Shown: in pieces, positions 49,015 to 58,787 of the stretch | Layout: every line of letters starts with the position of its first letter | Numbering within the stretch: the stretch's first letter is position 1 | DNA from: Candidatus Omnitrophota bacterium | GTDB taxonomy: Bacteria > Omnitrophota > Gorgyraeia > Zapsychrales > Zapsychraceae | Length of the DNA stretch: 64,000 nt | Assembly (NCBI GenBank): GCA_023247445.1 | Contig: JAHFGL010000007.1 | Location: 17,910-81,909, forward strand | Direction: 5' to 3' | Program-made: the position numbers and the translations under genes | Notes under the pieces: model-generated | What the model was told of the DNA's origin: nothing | Seen by the model: the letters and a program-made list of their open reading frames with translations, nothing else | The model's database searches: none

Positions 49015-50277
49015 TTACTTCGTTAATTCAGCGATTTTGCTTACAACTTGTTCTTTAGGGATCAGATGAACTTCCCCCGTACGACGAATCTTAATTTCAA
49101 CGTTGCCCTGCGCCAAATTTCGTTTACCGATTGTAATGCGAATTGGAATGCCGATTAAATCAGCATCATTAAATTTTCGTCCGGCACTTTCGTCCCGATC
49201 ATCAACCAAGACGTCATATCCAGCCTTCATTAGCTCGCTATCGTATTGATTCGTTAACGAAGCAACATCAGGATCTTTCTCAGAACCTGATATAGGAAGT
49301 ATCTCGATATCAAACGGAGCCACTTCTTTTGGCCAGATGATTCCTTTGTCATCACAATTTTTCTCAATGATCGCGGCAATAACACGGCTGACACCGATCC
49401 CATAACAACCCATAATCATTGTTTTTTGTTTACCGTCTTCATCTAAAAACTGCGCGCCTTGCGCCTGGCTATATTTCGTTCCTAATTGAAAAATATGGCC
49501 TAATTCAATCGCCACCTGCTTTGTTAGTTTTCCATTCTTGCACAACAAACAAGAATCCCCTTCATTTTGTTTTTGATCAACACCCGATGGTTTTTGACAT
49601 GCGGAGCATAAAAGAATCGAATCCTCGCCAATGGCTGCTGGCACTAAATATTCATGCGAAACACTTCCACCCATTGCACCTGAATCCGCGGCTACGATCA
49701 GCACATCTAGTCCGCATCGCTTAAAAATATTTTTATACGCTTCATACATGAGTTGATAATTTTTATTTAGCCCTTCTTGATCACGATCAAAACTATAAGC
49801 ATCCTTCATAATAAATTCACAGGCGCGGACAATTCCAAATCTTGTACGAATTTCGTCGCGAAATTTTGTTTGGATTTGATAAAGCGTAACGGGAAGCTGC
49901 CTATAGGACTGAACAAAACTTTTAACCAAATCCGTGATAACTTCTTCATGCGTTGGACCCAAACACATTTGCCGTCCACGATTATCTTTAAATTTAATCA
50001 TGACCTCAGCCAAAGTTTTGTCACGGCCGGTTTGTTGCCACAATTCGATAGGATGTAAACACGGTAAAAAGAGTTCAACCGCGCCAATATTATTCATCTC
50101 TTCACGAATAATATTTTCAATATTTTTTAAAACACGGTAGCCTAACGGCAAATACGAATAAACACCTGAGGTCAGCATATGTACGAGACCCGCTCGTAAC
50201 GAAAGCTGATGGCTGATAGCTTCTGTCCCTAAGGGAACTTCTTTAAATGTTGGAATAAAATATTTCGACCAATTCAT
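49015..50277 (-). CDS. proS: Proline--tRNA ligase (short bacterial type lacking the INS editing domain)
   Basis: 420 aa. Class II motifs 1-3 and a C-terminal anticodon-binding domain. There is no about 180-aa insertion domain. Confidence 0.88.
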   Translation of the reverse strand: MNWSKYFIPTFKEVPLGTEAISHQLSLRAGLVHMLTSGVYSYLPLGYRVLKNIENIIREEMNNIGAVELFLPCLHPIELWQQTGRDKTLAEVMIKFKDNRGRQMCLGPTHEEVITDLVKSFVQSYRQLPVTLYQIQTKFRDEIRTRFGIVRACEFIMKDAYSFDRDQEGLNKNYQLMYEAYKNIFKRCGLDVLIVAADSGAMGGSVSHEYLVPAAIGEDSILLCSACQKPSGVDQKQNEGDSCLLCKNGKLTKQVAIELGHIFQLGTKYSQAQGAQFLDEDGKQKTMIMGCYGIGVSRVIAAIIEKNCDDKGIIWPKEVAPFDIEILPISGSEKDPDVASLTNQYDSELMKAGYDVLVDDRDESAGRKFNDADLIGIPIRITIGKRNLAQGNVEIKIRRTGEVHLIPKEQVVSKIAELTK

Positions 50278-50285
50278 ATTTATTT

Positions 50286-51548
50286 TTACTCAAAAAACCC
50301 GTCGGGTAACAAAACCATACGTTTACTAAACTTACTATAAAAAGATGGTTTCTTCTTATCTTGAACCCACTCACCAACTAATGCCCCTTCGGGAGTAACC
50401 CCTTGCTGTTCATATCTAAAAATATCATTTAGAATTAATTTGCCATTTTTTTCATCAAAATCAACGTCTGTAACAGCCGTGACGCGACGTTTACCATCGA
50501 TAAATAAAGCCACGTGAACAATAATATCAATAGCCCGGGCCACCTGTTTTTGAATTTCCTGCGTACTTAAACGGATTCCCGTCATGAGCATCATTGTAAC
50601 CATTCGGTTAAAACAGTCTTCGGGAGTTTCGGCGTGAACAATGGCTAAAGAACCACTGTGCCCGCTACTAATCGATTGAATCAAATCCAAAATTTCTGGC
50701 CCACGGACTTCACCAACAATAATACGATCTGGTCGCATACGTAATGAATTGATAAAAAGCTCACGAATCGTAATTTCTCCCTTGCCTTCAATATTCGCTG
50801 GCTTAGTGGCCAACGTGACAACGTGCTCCTGTAATAAATGTAACTCCGGCGTATCTTCGATTGTGACAATGCGTTCTTCGTTGGGAAGATGCCGTGAGAA
50901 AACATTAAGTAGTGTTGTCTTACCAGCTCCCGTTGACCCGCAAAAAATAACATTAAGTTTCGTTTTCATCGCGGCAATTAGAAGTGTGGCAATACGCTTA
51001 TCCATCATTCCCAATTCAATGACATCATCAACTGTATTAATATCTTCATTAAACTTTCGAATCGTCATAACCGGACCGATCATCGAGCATGGTGGCAAGA
51101 TAACATTGACACGCGAACCATCCGGCAAAGAAAAATCAACATAGGGCGATGATTCATCAACACGTTTATTGGTCCCCGAGGCTGACAAAATCTTTTGAAT
51201 CGTATGTAATAATTGACGATTATCATCAAACTTAACATCTGTTAAAGTAATGCGGCCTTTGCGTTGAATATAAATCTTATTGGCGCCATTAATCATAATC
51301 TCCGATATTGAGTTATCTTCCATCAGTGGTCGCAGCGGTCCCATGCTCACAACCGCACTAACAAGCGATCGCACCAGCGTTGCGCGCAATTCCGCTGTCA
51401 TTGGCATATTTTGTTCACGACACAAGGTTGAAATGGCATTATCAACAAAAAGACGCAACTGATCTTCATTCATCGTATCTTTGACTTTTAAAAACTCTGT
51501 TTCATTAATCAGGTACCGATTAACTTTTTCTCGAAAATTATCATCCAT
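50286..51548 (-). CDS. CpaF/TadA-family secretion ATPase (VirB11-like), orphan
   Basis: Walker A GSTGAGKTTLLN, Walker B, and Asp/His boxes. No other tad/pil genes are adjacent. Confidence 0.8.
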   Translation of the reverse strand: MDDNFREKVNRYLINETEFLKVKDTMNEDQLRLFVDNAISTLCREQNMPMTAELRATLVRSLVSAVVSMGPLRPLMEDNSISEIMINGANKIYIQRKGRITLTDVKFDDNRQLLHTIQKILSASGTNKRVDESSPYVDFSLPDGSRVNVILPPCSMIGPVMTIRKFNEDINTVDDVIELGMMDKRIATLLIAAMKTKLNVIFCGSTGAGKTTLLNVFSRHLPNEERIVTIEDTPELHLLQEHVVTLATKPANIEGKGEITIRELFINSLRMRPDRIIVGEVRGPEILDLIQSISSGHSGSLAIVHAETPEDCFNRMVTMMLMTGIRLSTQEIQKQVARAIDIIVHVALFIDGKRRVTAVTDVDFDEKNGKLILNDIFRYEQQGVTPEGALVGEWVQDKKKPSFYSKFSKRMVLLPDGFFE

Positions 51549-51570
51549 GTTCGTCTCTCCCTTTAAGACT

Positions 51571-52680
51571 CTATTTAAAAGGAATTAAATGTTTAAGTTT
51601 GTCGATCCAGCCAAATCGTGAAAAATCACTATAAAAAACAAATATAGCCAAACAGATGATCAGGCTAAAACCAATACGAGCGATATATTCATCAATCTTC
51701 GCCGGCAATGCTTTCCCCCGAATTTTTTCAATGGCCAATAGTAACAGGTGTCCTCCATCAAGAGGAATGACCGGCAATAAATTAAAAATCGCTAAACTCG
51801 CGCTAATTACGCCAAGAATAAACAAAAGATGCGAAAAACCCATCTCGGCGGCCGATTTAACGATATAAAATATCCCAATGGGCCCCGTCATAGAATCTTT
51901 GGCCGACATCGACCCGGTTAACATAAAATAAAAAGACTTATAGGTTAGTGTAGTAATTTCGGCTAACTTCTCGTACGCCTTGACAAAGGCCATGCCTGGC
52001 GAATATTTAAAGGTTACAATTTCTTCCGATGGCCGAATCCCCATGATATGGGTTTCTTTCATTTGGCCAAAAATATTCTTTGTTTTCTCAATTCGAGGGA
52101 CAACGGTCTTTTGCATCGGCTGCCCGTCACGCAAAAGTTCAATCACCAAATTAGGTTCTTCTGACGTGGATATTTTATTTTGTAGCGCCGTCCAACCATC
52201 GATGGCCTGTCCATTAATTCGGATAATTTTATCACCAACTTGTAATCCCGCTTCTTTCGCTGGATAACCATCTGACAAAACTCCGATTTTAGTTGAAAGA
52301 TCAGGATAGCCTAAAATAAAAACGAAAAATAAACATACATACGCAAGGATAAAATTAACAACTGGTCCATTTAAAACAACCAGGGCCCGATGACCGGGAG
52401 GTTGAGAGTAAAATTCTTCAGGAACTCCGCGGCATTGACTACGATCATCACCAAACATCTTCACATACCCGCCTAAGGGAATCAATTTGATCATATATTC
52501 GGTGCCGTTATGCATGCATGAAAATAGTTTAGGGCCAAATCCCAACGAAAATTCTTCAACCTTAAAACCTAAACGTTTGGCGGTTATAAAATGCCCCCAC
52601 TCATGAACAATGATCAATATACTTAGAACAATAATAAAAATTGCCGTGCTACTAATATTCGAAAGTAGACTATGTAACAT
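51571..52680 (-). CDS. rseP: RIP zinc metalloprotease RseP (site-2 protease)
   Basis: HEWGHF (HExxH) in the first TM helix, a PDZ domain and the LDG motif (LPVIPLDGGHLL). Confidence 0.9.
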   Translation of the reverse strand: MLHSLLSNISSTAIFIIVLSILIIVHEWGHFITAKRLGFKVEEFSLGFGPKLFSCMHNGTEYMIKLIPLGGYVKMFGDDRSQCRGVPEEFYSQPPGHRALVVLNGPVVNFILAYVCLFFVFILGYPDLSTKIGVLSDGYPAKEAGLQVGDKIIRINGQAIDGWTALQNKISTSEEPNLVIELLRDGQPMQKTVVPRIEKTKNIFGQMKETHIMGIRPSEEIVTFKYSPGMAFVKAYEKLAEITTLTYKSFYFMLTGSMSAKDSMTGPIGIFYIVKSAAEMGFSHLLFILGVISASLAIFNLLPVIPLDGGHLLLLAIEKIRGKALPAKIDEYIARIGFSLIICLAIFVFYSDFSRFGWIDKLKHLIPFK

Positions 52681-53833
52681 TTTTTGAAATCACCTTTCTT
52701 GCTTCTTGGCGGGCCCAACAATCAGCCTCAAGAATATCATTAATTCTTGGATTGTTGATACTGTGATGTTTGGCCACAACTTTTTCAACAATTGGATATA
52801 TTTTTGAAAACTTTATTCTTTCACTTAAAAATGCATCAACGGCTTCTTCATCAGCGGCATTTAACACACTCGGCAACGTACCACTTTTTCGCGCCACATC
52901 AATCGCCAAAGCCAGCGATGGAAATTTCTTAAAATCTGGTTTCTGAAAATTTAATTGTTTAAGTTTAAAAAAATCAATTTGTTCTAATTTTGATTCCAAC
53001 CGCTCTGGATATGTTAACGCATATTGAATGGGTAAACGCATATCCGTTATTCCCAGTTGAGCTAAAATTGAACCATCAATAAACTCAACCATCGAATGAA
53101 TAATTGCTTCAGGATGGATAACTACCTGAACTTGATCTACCGATAAATCAAATAACCAACAGGCCTCAATGACCTCAAATCCCTTATTCATTAGCGTTGC
53201 CGAATCAACCGTAATCTTTTTTCCCATTTTCCACCTAGGATGATTCAAAATTTGCTTAACAGAAAGTTGAGAAAATTTTGATTTGGGGACATTTAAAAGC
53301 GCCCCTCCGGATGCCGTTAAATAAATTCCTTTTAACTTATGATCTACTCTTCCATTTAGACACTGAAAGATTGCGCTTTGTTCACTATCAATCGGAATAA
53401 TGGGAGCTTTATGCTTTTTCGATTCCGCCATCAAGATATGTCCCGCCACAACTAGGGCTTCCTTATTGGCTGGGGCAACCGTTTTGCCACTACGCAGCGC
53501 ACTTAAAAACGGATAAAGCGCAGCGCTTCCTCTTATTCCAACGACAACAATATCAACATCTTTTAATGTCACAATCTCTTTAATATCATCCTGAGATTGA
53601 ACATTAAAAATATTTACTTTCTTTTTATCAAAGAGCTTTTTTAAATACTCAATGCCTTCTAATCCAATGGCAACGTGCGTCGGAGAATATTTTCGAATCT
53701 GTTTTTCTAACAGCTGAGCATTATTATAAGCTGTTAATCCAACAACTCGAAATCGATCAGGAAAAAGATCAATAACCTTTAAGGTATTTATCCCAATGGT
53801 TCCCGTTGACCCTAGGATAACAACATTCTTCAT
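52670..53833 (-). CDS. dxr: 1-deoxy-D-xylulose 5-phosphate reductoisomerase
   Basis: MKNVVILGSTGTIG NADPH motif. 387 aa. Confidence 0.95.
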   Translation of the reverse strand: MKNVVILGSTGTIGINTLKVIDLFPDRFRVVGLTAYNNAQLLEKQIRKYSPTHVAIGLEGIEYLKKLFDKKKVNIFNVQSQDDIKEIVTLKDVDIVVVGIRGSAALYPFLSALRSGKTVAPANKEALVVAGHILMAESKKHKAPIIPIDSEQSAIFQCLNGRVDHKLKGIYLTASGGALLNVPKSKFSQLSVKQILNHPRWKMGKKITVDSATLMNKGFEVIEACWLFDLSVDQVQVVIHPEAIIHSMVEFIDGSILAQLGITDMRLPIQYALTYPERLESKLEQIDFFKLKQLNFQKPDFKKFPSLALAIDVARKSGTLPSVLNAADEEAVDAFLSERIKFSKIYPIVEKVVAKHHSINNPRINDILEADCWARQEARKVISKNVT

Positions 53834-53845
53834 GCGCTTACGACC

Positions 53846-54661
53846 TTATTTCAAAATGGTGCTCATGTAAAAATAAAATACAGGGGCGGCAAACAAAACA
53901 CTATCAATAGCATCTAAAACTCCCCCGATTGCCGGAAGCATCTTTCCTGAATCTTTAACATTACAATCCCGTTTAATAAGGGATTCAGATAAATCACCTA
54001 GCTGGCCGAGAGCCCCAAAAACAATACCAACTAAAGCAATCTGCCAAAACGATGAATATAAACCCGGAGGCAGTAACGACTGTCCTAAAACCGCGGCCAT
54101 CGCACTAAACAAATAACTTCCAACACTTCCCTCGACTGTTTTCTTGGGACTAATCCGAGGAAATAAAGGATGTTTGCCGAAATAACTTCCAATTAATAAA
54201 GCTCCAATATCTCCCGATTTGGTCACCAAAAGAATAAAACCTAATAATTTTGCTCCCTCAACTCCTGGCAATAAAAAGCGAATTTTAATAAGAAAGCTAA
54301 AAAACCAGGAAACATAAAGAATACCAAAAAGAGTTGTTGAAATTCCAACAATGGCATTGTTATTATCTCGTCGGCTAAACTGCATGAGAAAAATCATCAG
54401 GAGTACCAAAACAATAAATAAAAGTTCCCAGCCCTTGGTGGGTTCAAACCGTGTAAAAATCGACAACGGAATTAAGACCCCAATAGCGATTCCCGTGTAG
54501 CTGTAAATCGGGATGCCCTTTTTCTTAATTAAATAAAAGAACTCGTATAAACCACCAATCGTAAGCGCTAAAAGAACAATAATAAACATCCATTCATTTA
54601 AGATAGCCGCAACGGCTAAAAGGATCATCAGGGTAGAGCTAATAAAGCGGTCTTTATTCAT
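53846..54661 (-). CDS. cdsA: Phosphatidate cytidylyltransferase
   Basis: Start taken at MNKDRFISS (TAAAATG junction with the uppS stop). C-terminal CTP-transferase signature SLIKRDCNVKDSGKMLPAIGGVLD. Confidence 0.8.
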   Translation of the reverse strand: MNKDRFISSTLMILLAVAAILNEWMFIIVLLALTIGGLYEFFYLIKKKGIPIYSYTGIAIGVLIPLSIFTRFEPTKGWELLFIVLVLLMIFLMQFSRRDNNNAIVGISTTLFGILYVSWFFSFLIKIRFLLPGVEGAKLLGFILLVTKSGDIGALLIGSYFGKHPLFPRISPKKTVEGSVGSYLFSAMAAVLGQSLLPPGLYSSFWQIALVGIVFGALGQLGDLSESLIKRDCNVKDSGKMLPAIGGVLDAIDSVLFAAPVFYFYMSTILK

Positions 54662-54662
54662 T

Positions 54663-55391
54663 TTATTTTGTTTCCACCAAATTGCCAAATCGTCGTTTTC
54701 GACCTTGATAGTCAACAATGGCTTTATCAAATTCATCAACAGTAAAATCAGGCCAAAATGTTTCTGTAAAATAAAATTCTGCATATGACAATTGCCACAA
54801 TAAAAAATTGCTAATTCTTTTCTCACCCGAAGTCCTAATGAGCAAATCTGGATCAGGCAAACCACGTGTATAAAGAGCATCCCCTATTGTTTGTTCATCA
54901 ATATCCTCAACACGAATTTTCTGATCTAAAACAGCTTGGCCAATATTTTTAACCGCATCTAAAATTTCTAACCGTGACCCATAATTAAACGCTAAATTTA
55001 AAGTTAATCCTGTGTTCGCCTTAGTCTCAGAGACGACACGATTTAAAACACTACAGACAGACTCAGGAATTTTGTCTTTACGCCCAATCATTTGAAATCG
55101 TATATTCTCCTTATTTAACTTATCAATTTTTTTATGAAGAATAGTTGTCAATAAATTCATCAGCATCGAAATTTCCGATTCCGGTCGACTCCAATTTTCC
55201 GTTGAAAACGTAAATAACGTTAAAACTTTAATACCCATTGCATTGGCAGCATCAACGATGGCCTCGGCCCGCCTGGCTCCTTCAATATGACCTTGGGTTC
55301 GATCTAAATTTCGCCCCTTAGCCCAACGGCCGTTGCCATCCATAATAATGGCAACATGAGCAGGTAATTTTTGATTATCACTCTTTTTCAT
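54663..55391 (-). CDS. uppS: Undecaprenyl pyrophosphate synthase
   Basis: HVAIIMDGNGRWA and RTSGEKRISNFLLWQ cis-prenyltransferase motifs. Confidence 0.95.
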   Translation of the reverse strand: MKKSDNQKLPAHVAIIMDGNGRWAKGRNLDRTQGHIEGARRAEAIVDAANAMGIKVLTLFTFSTENWSRPESEISMLMNLLTTILHKKIDKLNKENIRFQMIGRKDKIPESVCSVLNRVVSETKANTGLTLNLAFNYGSRLEILDAVKNIGQAVLDQKIRVEDIDEQTIGDALYTRGLPDPDLLIRTSGEKRISNFLLWQLSYAEFYFTETFWPDFTVDEFDKAIVDYQGRKRRFGNLVETK

Positions 55392-55413
55392 AAATTAATC
55401 TTTTGATTTAAAT

Positions 55414-55441
55414 AAAATGGGGGATTAAAATCCCCCATTTT
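55414..55441 (-). terminator. Intrinsic terminator (perfect 11-bp stem AAAATGGGGGA/TCCCCCATTTT, 6-nt loop) after the coiled-coil gene
   Basis: mRNA sense reads GGGGGAuuuuaaUCCCCC followed by AUUUUAUUUAAAU. It is flanked by A/T runs and could act bidirectionally. Confidence 0.55.
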
Positions 55442-55488
55442 AAAAATACCACGCAAAAAAAACCTTAGCCTATACGCTTACATACATT

Positions 55489-55854
55489 TCATGAACCCGA
55501 TGGACTTTTAGAAACGTTGCTTGATACCTGCTCCAACTCTTTAATTTTATCTTCTAAGGTTGCTTTGATCTGTGAAACCTTATCTAACCTAGATTTCAAA
55601 TCATCATTAACAGCTTTAGTTTGTTCTAATAATTTCTCAGAGCCTTTAACCCTATTCTGCGCTCGCACCAGCTCGCCTTCTAACGAATTAATTTTGGTGG
55701 TAAACTTTTCAACGTTTTCCTCAGCAAGCATTCGTTTATAACGTTCTTGCACCAATTCCTGTTGGGCTTTAAAAGCATTTTTATTATAGTGAATCGCAAG
55801 GGCCCCTATTCCAACAACCATAACGACAACTAATATAATTGATAAAATACGCAC
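55489..55854 (-). CDS. Membrane-anchored coiled-coil protein, unknown function
   Basis: N-terminal TM helix (ILSIILVVVMVVGIGALAI) followed by about 90 aa of heptad-rich sequence. Confidence 0.5.
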   Translation of the reverse strand: MRILSIILVVVMVVGIGALAIHYNKNAFKAQQELVQERYKRMLAEENVEKFTTKINSLEGELVRAQNRVKGSEKLLEQTKAVNDDLKSRLDKVSQIKATLEDKIKELEQVSSNVSKSPSGS

Positions 55855-55869
55855 AAACGCTCCTTAATA

Positions 55870-56484
55870 CTATTCCGAAATTTTCTTTTCAATCTTAGGT
55901 AAAATAACGATCTCAACACGACGGTTCTTTTGTCGTCCTTCTTTTGTGTCATTAGGGGTTACAGGACGATATTCACCGTAAGCGATTGCGGATAATCTTT
56001 CTGCAGCAACGGCTTGCTTATCAATTAAATAATGAAGGACACTTAATGCCCGGCCTGATGATAATTCCCAGTTTGATTTCCAACCAGAACGTTTAATCGG
56101 ATCATTATCTGTATGTCCTTCAATACCAACATTTAAATCTTTAACCGTTGTATTAAGGACGTTGGCTACTTTTTCTAATTTTGCTAATGAATCCTCTTTT
56201 AAGTCAGCTTTTCCGGAGTCAAATAAAACCTCAGCGACAAATGTAATAACTAAACCCTTTTCCAACATCTCTACCTTAACTTCTTTATCTTTAATCTCAT
56301 CTTTAAATCGACCTTCCAACTCCTGTTTAGCTCGTTCTAACTCGCTTAATTCATTCTTTAGCTTTGAAATCTTTTCAATATCTGTACGTCTTCCTTTTTG
56401 GAATATAACAGTACATCCGCTTAAGCTCATACTAAGCAGAGCGATTAAAATCCATGAAAAATGCCGATTTGAAACGTAACCCAT
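55870..56484 (-). CDS. OmpA-family peptidoglycan-binding lipoprotein with coiled-coil linker
   Basis: Start at MGYVSNRH (RBS AAAGGAGG 5 nt upstream), lipobox LSGC. C-terminal OmpA-like domain (GHTDNDPI...NWELSSGRALSV...NRRVEI). Confidence 0.75.
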   Translation of the reverse strand: MGYVSNRHFSWILIALLSMSLSGCTVIFQKGRRTDIEKISKLKNELSELERAKQELEGRFKDEIKDKEVKVEMLEKGLVITFVAEVLFDSGKADLKEDSLAKLEKVANVLNTTVKDLNVGIEGHTDNDPIKRSGWKSNWELSSGRALSVLHYLIDKQAVAAERLSAIAYGEYRPVTPNDTKEGRQKNRRVEIVILPKIEKKISE

Positions 56485-56582
56485 AAAAACCTCCTTTACT
56501 AGCACCACACAGTAACATAGCCCATTTTTAAAGTCAAGTTATTTCATGCAAACAACTTGAATTATTGCAACAAGATACAACA

Positions 56583-57854
56583 TTAACGGACAATTATTTC
56601 ATCCCGTTTTGTCCCTATCGAAATGTACTTTACTCGCACCTTAAGGAGCTCTTCAAATCGTTCAATATATCGCCTTGCATTGGATGGGAGTTTCGCATAT
56701 TGACGAATTCCACGCAAAGAAGTGTTCCAACCCGGGAGCTCTTCGTAGATAGGCTGCGCCTTGCTTAAAACCTCAAAATCCATAGGAAACTGCTTATAAA
56801 TCTTTCCCTTATATCTATACGCTGTACAAATTTTGATTGCGGGTAAATGATCAAGGACGTCTAATTTCATAATGGCAAGTTCCGATACGCCATTAATAAT
56901 GAGCGAATAGCGGACTAAAATACTATCAAACCAACCACAACGGCGAGGTCGTCCAGTTGTCGCGCCATATTCGTTACCGCGGGTACGAATATCTTCCTTA
57001 AGACCAGTTGAAAATTCAGTCGGAAACGGCCCTTCCCCCACACGAGTCGTGTACGCCTTTACACAGGCGATCACTTTATCAATCTTTGTTGGTGGCACAC
57101 CCGTCCCAGAACATGCCCCCCCAACAATAGAATTCGACGAAGTAACAAATGGATACGTCCCAAAATCAATATCAAGAAATGTTCCTTGTGCACCTTCAAA
57201 AAGAATCGATTTCTTTTTGTCGATCGCTGCATTTAAGTAAATAACCGTGTCAGCGACATAGGGACCTAATTTTTTACCGTAATTTAAATATTCGTTATAA
57301 ATATCTCCAAAAGAAAAATTCTTTTTACCATAAACTTTCTCAAAGATTTCATTTTTTTCCGTTAAATTATCTTCCAATTTAGATTTTAGAAGCCGAGGAT
57401 TTAACAAATCGATCATACGAATGCCGCAGCGCGCAACCTTATCAGCATAACAAGGACCAATGCCTCGACCCGTTGTTCCAATTTTATTTTTTCGCTTTGA
57501 TTCACGCAATCCATCTAGAATACGATGATATGGAAGAACGATATGACATAGGCCAGAAATCTTTAGATTATTTGGAGTAATTTTAAGCCCTCGTTTTTGT
57601 AAATCCTCAATCTCACCTAATAGAGCCTTTGGATCAACGACAACTCCATTGCCAATGACACAGACCTTACTTTTGTGCAAAATAGCTGACGGTAAAAGAT
57701 GAAAAACATATTCCTGATCGCCAACGACAACAGTATGTCCGGCATTATTTCCACCCTGATATCGGACAGTCAAATCCGTATCCTTTGAAAGGATATCAAT
57801 TAACTTTCCCTTTCCTTCATCTCCCCACTGAGCTCCTACAACTGCAATGTTCAT
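56583..57854 (-). CDS. purA: Adenylosuccinate synthetase
   Basis: GAQWGDEGKGK P-loop, GIGP, and TTGRPRRCGW motifs. Confidence 0.95.
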   Translation of the reverse strand: MNIAVVGAQWGDEGKGKLIDILSKDTDLTVRYQGGNNAGHTVVVGDQEYVFHLLPSAILHKSKVCVIGNGVVVDPKALLGEIEDLQKRGLKITPNNLKISGLCHIVLPYHRILDGLRESKRKNKIGTTGRGIGPCYADKVARCGIRMIDLLNPRLLKSKLEDNLTEKNEIFEKVYGKKNFSFGDIYNEYLNYGKKLGPYVADTVIYLNAAIDKKKSILFEGAQGTFLDIDFGTYPFVTSSNSIVGGACSGTGVPPTKIDKVIACVKAYTTRVGEGPFPTEFSTGLKEDIRTRGNEYGATTGRPRRCGWFDSILVRYSLIINGVSELAIMKLDVLDHLPAIKICTAYRYKGKIYKQFPMDFEVLSKAQPIYEELPGWNTSLRGIRQYAKLPSNARRYIERFEELLKVRVKYISIGTKRDEIIVR

Positions 57855-57887
57855 GTGTTTTCCTTTTCTAGAAATTCTTTAATAAGC

Positions 57888-58787
57888 TTAAGTATAAAAA
57901 ACCAAGATTAATAGACCAATGCCTACTGACAAAAAGACTGCTGAAAATGCCATCTTCAGCATCGACAAATGTTTTCGTATTTGATTTTGAAACTCCAACG
58001 AACGTCTTAAATATAAGATTCCAAGCCAAACACCAATTAAAGGCAGAGTGAAAGCAAAGCTATAAACAAGCACTATAGACACAATTCCCCAAATATTCTT
58101 TCCCCCATCGCTATAAGCACTCACTAAAAACTGATAATTTTGCGGCCAGAAAGAAACAAAAATAGCCGCCAACCCGCCACCAAAAACTGATAAAAAAATG
58201 TGGCCTTTTTTTTGATATGCGGGATTGTCTTCTTTCAACCAAGAAGGAAACTTAACAATATTAACATTCCTCTGTAGATCTTTCTTGTGCTGCCACCAAT
58301 CTTGTATATTTATCATTGCTATCCATACCAGAAGAACAGCAATAAAGAAATAAAAGACACGAATGGTTGTAAGGATCATTTGCTGTGCTAGAACCCTATC
58401 AAGGAATCCCGTCATACAAAAAAAATTGACAAGCCCCATCGACAAAAGAAAAAAGGCTCCGGTAATAGTTAAACGTTTTTGTGTCGTGCCAATAAATCTA
58501 AGATAAATGATAAAGAGCAATGTGATAGTTAATGTATATGGGTTGAAACTATCTCTTAAACCAAAAAATAAAGCCGGCAGAAAAGAATAAAAAAAGGTGG
58601 GCTTCTCTATCAGACTCTCTTTTTGAAAACTTTTGTTTAAAGTGGAATCGATCAAAATTACCTTCTTAGACCTTAACCAATTTAACAAAAACAATATCTT
58701 TTGTTTTCTTAAGTCGCTCAATGATTTCTTCAGGAACAGCGCTGTCAACATTAACAACACTAATGGCAATCCCATTTTGTGCTTCAC
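57888..58787 (-). CDS. Hypothetical polytopic membrane protein
   Basis: 299 aa with about eight hydrophobic helices. The ATG start gives a 122-nt overlap with serA. An in-frame TTG at 58655 preceded by AAGAAGG would remove the overlap. Confidence 0.45.
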   Translation of the reverse strand: MKHKMGLPLVLLMLTALFLKKSLSDLRKQKILFLLNWLRSKKVILIDSTLNKSFQKESLIEKPTFFYSFLPALFFGLRDSFNPYTLTITLLFIIYLRFIGTTQKRLTITGAFFLLSMGLVNFFCMTGFLDRVLAQQMILTTIRVFYFFIAVLLVWIAMINIQDWWQHKKDLQRNVNIVKFPSWLKEDNPAYQKKGHIFLSVFGGGLAAIFVSFWPQNYQFLVSAYSDGGKNIWGIVSIVLVYSFAFTLPLIGVWLGILYLRRSLEFQNQIRKHLSMLKMAFSAVFLSVGIGLLILVFYT

